DNA of 64,000 bases from Adineta vaga (lineage: Eukaryota > Animalia > Rotifera), in NCBI GenBank assembly GCA_021613535.1, contig CP075494.1, positions 8,680,001 through 8,744,000 of the forward strand, written 5' to 3'. A model generated the notes under the pieces. The model made no database searches and was not told where the DNA came from. It saw only the letters and a list, made by a program, of their open reading frames with translations. A program made the translations under genes and the position numbers. Shown in pieces: positions 53,294-64,000 of the stretch. Numbering within the stretch: position 1 is the first letter of the stretch; every line of letters begins with the position of its first letter.

Positions 53294-54339
53294 ATGATGT
53301 GTAATACGAATATAACTTCGACCCAAGCAACAATTCAAATTTTTACATTAAAAATGACTTTATATGGACCTATTCTTCTTTTAATTATTGGTATTTTTGG
53401 TTGTCTATGTAATTTACTTACATTTACATCACGGCAATTACGTGAAAACTCGTGTGCATTTTATTTTCTTTGTGCATCAATCTTTGAATTTCTTTCAATT
53501 ACATTTGGATTGATCTCTCGTCTAGCTGCTGATCATTTTGGTAGTGATCTACAAAATACAAATCGATTCTATTGTAAATTTCGTGCATATCTTGTTTCAT
53601 CGATTCCATTAATAGCAACTTATCTTATCTTATTATCGGCGATTGATCGTTGTATGTCATCATCTATTCATGCACGTTTACGTTCATTTAGTCATATTAA
53701 AATAGCACATCGTTCACTTGGCATAGCTATTCTTCTTGGTTTAATATCTTGTTCTCATATTTTGTTTACTTATGATCTTCGACCGAAATGTTCGACATTG
53801 TCAGGTTCCTATGCGATATTTGATGGCATGTTTGTCGTATTTTGGCTTGGAATCATTCCTCATATTCTTATGTTAATCTTTGGTTTCATTACTTTAATAC
53901 ATATTAAACGTATGACACAAAAACGATCGAAAACTTTACAAATAAAACCAGTAACAACTACCCATCATTCAGCATCACAAACTAATCGCAGTTAATTTTA
54001 GTAAGTAATTCAAATGAAATATTGATACATACGATTTCAATTCTTTGTTCTTTCTTTTAGATGATGTTAGTTCAAGTTGGTTTAAGTTCATTATTAATAT
54101 TAACTCGAATGATTTATTATGCATATTATATTCTTGGACCATCATTAACTGGTTATAATAGAATGATTGGATCATTTCTAATGTCATTTACAACACTTTT
54201 ATATTATAGTAACTATGCTAAATCATTTTATATTTATACATTAACCAGTCGCTTATTTCGATCAGTTTTTCTACAAAGAATTCAAGAATGTATTCGAATG
54301 ATCTGTCCCTTCCAGAGATTATCAATAAAAACTACATAA
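53294..54339 (+). pseudogene. Rhodopsin-like 7TM GPCR with an apparent 1-nt frameshift before TM6
   Basis: GIFGCLCNLLTF..QLRENSCAFYF, FYCKFRAY, LSAIDRC and FYIYTLTSRLFR motifs. Exon 1 stops at 53995, while the frame QLIL|MMLVQV across intron 54001-54060 needs one extra base near 53985. Confidence 0.7.
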
Positions 54340-55392
54340 TATAAAAATAGATCATATTCGAAATTGATAGTAAAATCAAACATTAACACATCAATATGTT
54401 TTGTTTTAAAATTCAAATTTTAATTGAATATCGTTATCAGTTCAGGTACATGAAAACTTATGTAGATATCTATTCATTGACACATTGAATGACACTATCG
54501 ACACACATACACACGAAAATATGTTCTCTTACGTTCAATGGATACACGTATTTTAATCGTTTCAATCAATCAGCAAATGTTCAGTCAGTATTATTAAATC
54601 ACAAAAAATAAAAGTCTGTTTTGTAATCGTGATTTCGTAATTCGTCTCCTATGTAATGTTTTTCGTCTATACATTCATCATTGTAACCTGCTGATCTTAT
54701 ACAATTTTGAAATGTTCTCTTTCTCTTCGATGATTGATTACGAGTACATTTTCACCAATTCTTATATCAAATCAAAAATCATTTGATAGAAAAACGGACA
54801 ATCATAATTAAAAAAGAAAGCATTCACTATGCGTCACACCTATATCAACGCGTTCTTTTCTTTTCTTCATACGAACCAATATAATCAATGAAAATAATAA
54901 CAGTTGAATTCAATTGAATATTCACAATGATTTAAAAATTGAAGAACAAACTAAACTATAACAGTACTCCTTTTGCTTGACTATCCTTCAACAGTAAACA
55001 TGATGGTTTCATGTTTGATTTTTTTAAACTTCCGTGTTTGACATTGCCGAATAAATGAAACTCATCAATGTACCCGACGAAGGTGAGAGAGAAAGAAAAG
55101 AAAAAATTCGTCTTATAATCAGAAGAACCACCACCCATACGTTCAAAAATCTAAAGAAAAGAAAGAACACAGTCATTCAATCCAGTAGTAGCGCGTCCAT
55201 TTTCTCTTTATTTCTTCTCTTGTACAAACAATCTTTTGCATTATATGCAAGCCTATATAACTATTCATGAATATTATGCATAGCAATATAACTTAGAAAA
55301 AAAAATCAAATCGCCAAGTGCGACAGTTTCTTATGCAATTGCTTTTAAATTATACTTCGTGGTACATATTCATATACCGACATAACAGATGA

Positions 55393-57465
55393 ATGGATTC
55401 ACGATATGATCAAAGAACACTAAATGAAAGCGATAGTAAAACTTCTGAACGATCGTCATCATCAACAATAACTAGTAAACGAAAATCCTTGTGGAAAAGA
55501 TATAAATGGCAAATGAAAGATTATTTTTATATTCATATCTGTATTTTTATTTTCAATGGTTTATTAGGTGGCTTAGTTGTTGTTATTATAGAAAATTATA
55601 TCAAACCAAATCGATTTATGCGTGTTCAATTTATAGATAGTTGGTTTGTTGCTTCATCCTGTGTTTATAATTGTGGTTTAACAACAATGGATTTTGCTCG
55701 TTTATCAACATATTCTCAAGTTGCTTTGATGCTTTTTACTATTGCTAGTGGTATTACGGTCAGTACATTACCAGCATTAATGATTAAAGCACGAACTCAT
55801 AAACGTGAACAAGGTATTATGGTTGATAATGATCATTTAGCTTATAATATTCAATCAGAATCGACTAAAAAAAGTGAATATTCACTCGAAGCTGAAAAGA
55901 AAATATCTCGATTACCTACTGCTGAACAACTCCGTTATCGAGCTTATCTATTCTGTTTATTATTGATACCTTTAACTTGTATAACAATCTATGTTACTGC
56001 TTATGTTTGTATTGGTGGTTGGCTTCAAACTCAATATAAACCATATTATTTAAAACAAGATGGTCGACCTGTAAATCCTTGGTATGCATCATTTATTATA
56101 ACAGTCACTGGTTTTAATCAAAATGGTTTAACAACTTGGTCGGATAATCTAACGAGATTTGTTAATGATACAATACTTTGCACATTTGTTATGTTAGTGA
56201 GTATTAAAAATGAGTTTTTTCTAAATTGTATTTCGAATTTGATATGCATATATTTATTCTAGTTGGTAATGAGTGGAAATTCATTTTTTCCATTTATTTT
56301 TCGTAATGTGATTATGTTTGTTCGTTGGGTAGTTCCATGGCATCATAAGATAATTTTTGATTATATTCTTTTAAATAATCATCGTTTATCTACTGTTCTA
56401 TATCCAACCATTCAGACTCGTATGTACTTAACTGTTACATTTGGTCTTTATGCACTTAGTATTATTGTTTCATTTGTACTTGATTATAATTCGCAATCTT
56501 TTGCAAGTTATTCAGCTGGTAAACGTCTATTAATATTTGTATTTCATACAATTCAAGCTCGATTTGCTGGTTTTCAAACAATTGATATAACCTTGCTTGC
56601 TGAAGGTACACTTGTGATATATTTGCTGCTTATGGCTGTTAAACCTCAAATGCTATGTGCATTAGATAAAGCTCCATTCGAATTAGAATGGCAAACAATT
56701 CAAGACAAAGAAACCGTTTACATTGAAGCAGAACGTCGACAATCATCTTTAGATTCTATAGATGATGCATCAATCAATTCGAATGTTTTTCCTATTCGAC
56801 ATTTCTATCGATATTTACGTAATCATAGTGTAGATGCTCGACAACGTGCTGAACAACATTTCGCTCCAAAAACAGATTCTCATCGAAGTCCAAGTCGTAC
56901 ACGAAAAACAACCCAAATCAAACTTCGTCTTTTTCTTTTTCTTATCGCACGTCGAATGTTTTCTCATTCATTTACATTTTTAACTCGTACACGAACATGG
57001 TTATTTATATTTATCTTTTTAATCTGTGCATTCGAATCTCATCATATGACACCAATTGATGAAAATGTAACATTTTTTAAGATTGTTTTTGAAGTTATAT
57101 CAGCATTTGGTGCTGTTGGATTAACAACAGGTTATCCCAATATAAAGTCATCTTTTTCTGCAGTACTTTCTGTTCCATCAAAAGTCATTCTTATATTAAC
57201 CATGTTGATGGGAAGACATCGTGGTTTACTTGATTCCATGAAAGATCAAGAAAAAATTGAATATAGTGCGTATACTCTATTAGAACGATGGAAACGTATG
57301 GCACGAGATGAACATCCGAATCCAAACTTTCCAACTGAATCTGAATTATTACCACCAGAGATTAAACCGAGAACTTTTGCAAGTAATCGACCAAGTCGAA
57401 CAAGATATATTATTGAACGACCAAGACCAAATGCTCCAACAAGAAATCAACGATCTATATATTAA
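55393..57465 (+). CDS. Trk/Ktr/HKT-family K+ transporter, one intron (56197-56262)
   Basis: Four MPM units with pore Gly: SSCVYNCGLT, TGFNQNGLT, QARFAGF, FEVISAFGAVGLTTGYP; also LVMSGN and MLMGRHRGL. Confidence 0.92.
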
Positions 57466-57768
57466 AATTTGATTTATCTTGTATTTTTGTTAGTAACATC
57501 TATTTATAGAAATAGCTGATGATGTTTCATTTTTTGAATTGTAATAAATCGATGTATTAAATTTTGTCGCTTTCATACTGTAGATACTGCAATAATAAAT
57601 AATATGATTTTTCCGACAAAAAAAGAAGGTTTATAATTCAAAACACAAAAGAAAGAAAAATAACAAATTGTCAAGCATTAGAATTTTGAAATCGTAGAAT
57701 GAATAGTTTTCCGACAATTTTCAATTAGATACGAAATATTTTATACGGAAATACAAACAGCATTTCAA

Positions 57769-59070
57769 TTAAATCCAACGCTTAACTTTGTACCATGTAA
57801 TCATGAAGAATAATATCGCACCTAATAGAATTAATATAATATAATAACCATATTTATATTGATACTGTGGTTGATTTTGAAAATTAGTTGAATTCATTCC
57901 AGTTAATAAAATACAAGGCATAAAAAGAACAGATATAAGCATAAGAAATTTCAAGATTTCTTGTGTTTCATTATTATTTAAAGTAATCCAAAATGATGTT
58001 AACATTGCAACACTTTCACGTTGAATCTCAACAGTATCAATTAATTGATTAACATGACCTTGTAAATCATTTAAATAAATATAAATACATTCACTAAAGA
58101 CAATTGACGTTCTTCGCTTTTTTGGTCGAGAATTATTCGTAATTGTAGTTGTCTCATTTACCTGAACATAGAAAGTTTGTAGAGTGAGACGGAAGTTTTT
58201 GTTTCGTCGAACAAGACGATGTTTTAAATCTAAACGATAAGACCGATCTATACGACGATATAAAACTCTTTCATCTGGACTTGTTCGTTGTAAACGAGAG
58301 ATGATTTCGACTAATGGATGAAATAAAATTCTTAAATGAAGTAGATCATGTTTAACATGATAAATTTTATAAAAGATTTCCAATGATAACGATGATTTAT
58401 CTGTCATTAATTGTTCATCAAATTTATCGATATACGTAGCAACTTCTTCTAAGATAAACATATATCTAAAAGAAAATGTACAATTGTACACAAAAACATT
58501 TTCTTTCTATACATACTTATCGATAATAGCATCAAGAAAACAATAAAATAAATAGTCAACATTCATTTGTCTTAATCGACCATGTAGATGATATGGTGAA
58601 TCATCTCCAAGATTAAGTCTTTGTCGTCGTAAACGATTTCTAATATCATCAAACAAGAATTCCGAAGGACTTGTTCGTTCTTGAAATGTAATCAGAATAT
58701 TCCGTGAAGATTTTAAATAGAATGAAATTTGTCGATGTGTAATACGTTCATTATTTTCCCATGACATTATTTTCATTAATAAATATAAAACTGATTGTTC
58801 AGGAAATAGATCTAATTTTATATATGGTGTTACATTTGTTATATCTTCAATGGTTAATGGATGAATATTAAAATATTCACAAAACATTTTAATATCTTCC
58901 GGTAATTCGACATCACTTCGATTGATAACTTCTATCCAACAAGCTTTTTTAGTACACTTTTGATTATTTAATAGAATAAATAGATCATCAATAGAATTAA
59001 ATCGTTCTTCTTGAAATACTTGATCATCATAGATAAAAACTATAAATTCAACAAGATCATCTGAAGACAT
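57769..59070 (-). CDS. CorA-family Mg2+/Co2+ transporter, prokaryote-like, one intron
   Basis: WIEV...FNIHPLTIEDI...KLDLF, LITFQE, DYLFYCFLDAIID, YLNDLQGH, LKFLMLISVLFMP..LLTGMN; two C-terminal TM helices ending KVKRWI. Confidence 0.9.
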
Positions 59071-60204
59071 TTGCTTGTTTACAATCTTATACATGAAAAA
59101 CAAAATGTTTATATACACACGCCCATTACAAAGAAAATCAATCTTGCGTGAGGATAGGATATTTTGTCATTTTTTTCTTTGATTATGGATACAGGTGTGA
59201 TTTGAATCAAGAGAAAAATGTTTGAATACAAACATATGTGTCTAAGCGAATGAGTCAATGAAATCAATTTTAATTAGTTGTAAAAGTAACGAACCAGCAT
59301 TGTATTTTGTATCATATAGACTTTCTTTTATTTAAAGTGTACCTTGACTGAAGATTGTCTGAAAAACATTTCAAGTCTGCCAGCCAGTCATCGATATCAA
59401 TCAATCAAAGAAATAAATTTCATATTCGTCGAGCGCGACGATCAGATTTAGAATGAAGAGAAAAAAAAAGAAACTTAGCAAACGTGATTCATATATACTC
59501 ATTGATATTATGGGATCGCATATTGTCGAAATATATTTGTATATTTCATTGAAAAAAATAGATCGATAATTGCAAACAAAGACTTCGTTTCGTAATTTCG
59601 TTACAGTTCTATATCATAGACATTCTATCTAATTTTCTATTCTCATTGTCATTGTATATTACCTTGCCATATAATTGTTGTCTAACTTGATGAAATTGTA
59701 GGCAAATATCGATTCGATGTCAGTCATTTACTTCGATGTTGTACGATCGAACAAAGAAAAGTTTTATAGTTCTTCTTATTGAACAAGAGTAACAAATGGT
59801 TGTTTTAGTTGTTGACTTCTATTTGGTCATTTTCATCTAAAAAGAAGAAAAATAGATTATCATCGGTTTCTTTTTTTCCTCTGTCTCTCTCTCTCCATCT
59901 ATTCTCTCGTCATTTCTTTTGCCCATATCATCATTTGATAAATTCATTTCTGCTCGCAAAAACAGAGACGAACATATCAAATCTTCGTGTATTTCGAGAC
60001 ATATTCATGCTTTTAGTTTTCATCCTATCAAATATTCACTGGTTTCTTTTTTCTTTTTCATCATAGCAATATATATATATATATATAAATATACATTAGA
60101 TCATTCGTCTTCGTAACTCTTCATCATGTGAGTATATTTTGTTTGATTGAGAGAAAAGAAAAAAAATTTGAAATCAGTTTTATTTTGTAGATCATTTGAC
60201 GAAT

Positions 60205-63200
60205 ATGCCAAATTGGAAAATACATTGTTTAAAAAGTTCCGATGAAACGAATACGTCGGAAATTACAGGTAAATATTCGACAAGATCAGAGACTGTTAAT
60301 TTTTCTGATCGATCGATCATCGATCTTGTTTATGTCTCATCAAACGAGCGATTAACCTTTATCAGTAAATGAGTAACTGTCAATGAGTTTCAAAGGATAT
60401 TGTTCTGATTGATTACTAAAGAGAAATATCTTTATGTTTGTTAGAATCTTCGATTACGTCAACATCGGCGACTGATATCCAGAATATACCTTCATCAAAA
60501 ACGCATCATTCATCAATTTGTAAGATACTTGTTTTCTATATCACAATTGAAATCTAAAAAGAAAAGAACGTTAGACTGATGATATAATAGAGCAGGTAGA
60601 AATGAATGTATAATAGTACAGATCAATATATAAGATAATATAGATTGAAAGTAATATATTCATTTAATTAGTTGTAGTCTGTTCTTTCGAAGAAAATAGA
60701 ACAATAGACCTCCTCTGAAGATCTATTGATTTTATTAATGACGGATCGATCGTTTTCTCTTGCTCTTGTTATGTGTATATTCTATACATGATCAATCGAA
60801 TAAAACAAAAAGGAAGCACTGTGTTTGTATATGTACTAAGAAATAATACCAACCTTGTAGAACATACGGTGATTGATATACACTCGCTATTTATATTAGT
60901 GATTGTTGTACGACATGATCTTCATCAGTAAACTAACATAACTTCTTACTCAGATTAAAGAATAAAAGTATGAGAAATTGGAGATATTCTTATTCTACAC
61001 TTGAACGAATATCATTATTTCCTACGATTGTTATCAAACGAAGGAATTCATCTAATTTATGTCCATTATCATTTTTTTCTTTACATGCGTGTATATTTTC
61101 TAAACGACGTTACACGCAAACAAAATCTAATCAAGATATAACTCTTCTTCCTTCGAATCAGTTGGGTAAGTGAACAAGGCTTTTCTTTTCTATTCGTGTA
61201 ATATTCTCATGAGCAAACAAAAAATAAAAGATAAAGTAAGATGAGGTTAAATAGCTTAGTGGATGATTACAGTAAACAAAAGACCTGAAAGTTTCTTTTA
61301 CGATCCTAGACAATCAACAATCTTTCATTGTTTAAAAGTATCTTGATATTGTTTTTTTTTATGATGGTAGACAAGTGTCAATAATTATACGTTATCAAAT
61401 GAAATTACTTGTTGATAATAAGGCGTAACTTCTTCAGACACAGTTTGACTTCATAAAAGCATTGATAGATACACACACTTGCATTCATGGTCAATACATT
61501 TCTTTTGTAACTAGGCAATTCGAATCCTTTCTCTCTCTCTCTCTCCTTCTCAAAAGTTAGTTTTGTATAAAAAAAAAGTGATTGTAGACATATCGATTGA
61601 CATAACAATCAGATTGTTTTGTTCGTTTTATTTTTCTTTAATGTGAAAATCTATGACCAAGAGACACATGTCATTGTAATGCTGAAAGATGGCAATAGAA
61701 CTATTCTTGTTAGTCCCAATTAGTTACAAACACAAGATGCAATCACTATGTCGATGATCAATCATGGCTGTCGAAGGACTGTCATACCAAGTGATAAAAA
61801 AAACGAAGCATATACATCGGCTTCCTTTTTCTTCTTCTTCTTCTCTCTTTATTCATTCACACCTTTCTATACATACATACTGCAAAATGAGATTGTTGAC
61901 AATGACCTTTACTACGCCTTCTATTTTTTCTTCGTTGTGCTCAGTGAACATCGATATTGATCGATTGATCAGTGTCAAACATAATATGAATATTTTCATT
62001 TCTCTCATTATCATTTCGTATATCAAATGGTACTTAATTTGAAAATGTTTTGTGGTTCAACAAGAAAATCAAAAAAGAAGGTTGATTTAGGAAGTCAATC
62101 TAGACGAACAGATTGGATTTATAACGGTGAGTTAGATTCTTTTTTTCTTCTTCGAAACCAATGTCAAGAAATGATCCTTGAATGCATTTGATGTTTCAAA
62201 GATATGTACCTATCGAATATCTTCTAATTACATTAAGAAAAAATTTATCAAGTTATCTTCTTTTTCTTCATTTTTTTTTGGATACAATCTGAGGTGACAA
62301 TTAAGTAATAGTTATATCAAAATCAACCTTTCGATAAGAAAGATTTCTTAGATTAATTAACATAATCAGTCTAGCGAAAGAATTGATCACAAAAGAAAAA
62401 ATAAGACTCAAAGTACCTTGACAGTATCATAATAATAATTCTACAAATGATAGATCATTACACAATGTGAGGATTTTACTTCTCTCTAAGCATATGTGTG
62501 TGTGTATGTGTATGCATATGCATATGCAATACACTCCAAAGATCAACTCTTTTTCTTCTCGCCTTCTTCGTTTGCATGTCGTTGCATATGTACAAACACA
62601 ATTTGATGTATATGTTTGGATAGTGATGGTAATACTTGATAATGTAGTACATTGCAGAACAGCATAGCATGTCGAATGAGTAGTCAGGAAACAGTGTGTT
62701 ATCGAACATATAGTGGTTTATATATATATATACGCAATCAAAAAAAATGAGGGAGGGAGAGAGAAAGAATAAGAGAGAGTTCAAAGACAATAAAGAGAAA
62801 GAAAAATGCAACGGGGAAAAGAAAACACTCGATGCCAATATAGAAAGACAAGAGAGAAAAAGAAGAGAAAGCGAAATACGTGAAGTGACACTTGTTCTCT
62901 TCTTTGTCATATAACCATGAATTGAGCCCGCCTACTACTATTCATTACTGTTGCACCTTTATAAATACGTTAACTAAAGAAGTAAGGATGAGCTGTGAAA
63001 GTAGTGGTTCAATATGGGATTTAAAACGAGCGATATCAATGTGTAAATGGAGCGCACCTAGTCCAGTACCATTACCACGTAGTAGACAAGGTCTTTCTTT
63101 TTCTCTCTTAATATTTTTCAAGTTAATTATAATTAATATTTTTCTTTATATTTATAGCCATTAAAGGTCAAACGACAATTGAATTGATTAAAAAAGAAGG

Positions 63201-63888
63201 TTGTCCACTTGGTTTAACTATCTCAGGTGGTATTGATAAAGATGGAAAACCACGCGTAGCACAATTAAAACCAGGTTCATTAGCGCAAAAAGCGGATGTA
63301 TTAGAAACAGGAGATATTATAATTGGAATTAATGGTGTAAAAACAGCTGGTTTAAAACATGAACAAATTATTGATTTAATAAAACAAGTTGAAGACCAAT
63401 TAACATTAGATATTGAATATGATATTCCTAAATGGCGTATGTTGACAAAGACCTAAATGTTTTCTATTTTATTTTATTTTATTTCTTGTTTAGCTCTACA
63501 TGCTATAAATACAGTTCAAACAAAGACAATTCAAATTCAATTAGAAAAAGAAGGACAAAGTTATGGATTTATTTTACGTGGTGGACATTCGGATGATAAA
63601 AGTCGAACACGACCACTTATTATTACAAAGATACGTCCTCAAGGACCAGCTGATAAGTATGAGATTACTTTTTTTTCTTCTCTTTTATAATTTACAACTC
63701 AATACATGTGTTAATTATTTCTTTTTATGTTCTTTATCTAGAGAAGGAACATTAAAAATTGGTGATCGAGTTTTAGCTATTAATGGAATAAATGTTAGTG
63801 GCGCAACACTAGAAGATGCTCATAATATAATGAGACAATGTCGTGGTACAACATTATTTCTTGTTGAATATGATGTAGCTATTGTTGG
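60205..63888 (+). CDS. GRIP1: Glutamate receptor-interacting protein (multi-PDZ), 5' part; continues past the window
   Basis: KGQTTIELIKKEGCPLGLTISGGIDKDGKPRV...DIEYDIP (PDZ1) and LEKEGQSYGFILRGG...[28 protein letters not shown]...VEYDVAI (PDZ2) match GRIP. Common exon starts at 63158, with several alternative first exons upstream. Confidence 0.92.
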
Positions 63889-64000
63889 TAAGATTCATAG
63901 ATAGTCTTTCTCTTACATGAAGAAAAAATCGAATCGAAAGTGTATCTTTTATTATGATGGATTGTTAAGTATAAAAATTTGATCGAGAAGTTGTTTGATG

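Overview
Eukaryotic, AT-rich, gene-dense DNA with many ~45-65 nt GT-AG introns. Conserved animal genes sit beside genes of non-metazoan type, which strongly suggests a bdelloid rotifer (inference). Apparently intact animal genes: LST8, G3BP, Rab14, eIF2-gamma, EEA1, Rif1, ABCF3, CC2D1/Lgd, an NR1J/HR96-like nuclear receptor and the 5' part of GRIP. Genes of likely foreign origin: SDR and Zn-ADH pseudogenes, DUF2252, a beta-lactamase-family serine hydrolase, a BBE-like FAD oxidase, a DYW-deaminase relic, a Trk/HKT K+ transporter and a CorA Mg2+ transporter. Most notable observations: (1) a protein with five CUE/UBA-like repeats fused to a YacP/Rae1-type NYN nuclease, whose first intron holds a GC-rich pseudoknot; (2) two tandem miR-279-family hairpins in a Rif1 intron; (3) four in-phase alternative first exons of GRIP, one resembling palmitoylated vertebrate GRIP1b; (4) a candidate 3-nt microexon in EEA1; (5) accessory genes decaying while core genes stay intact. 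All family calls come from motif recognition by eye; no database search was run.
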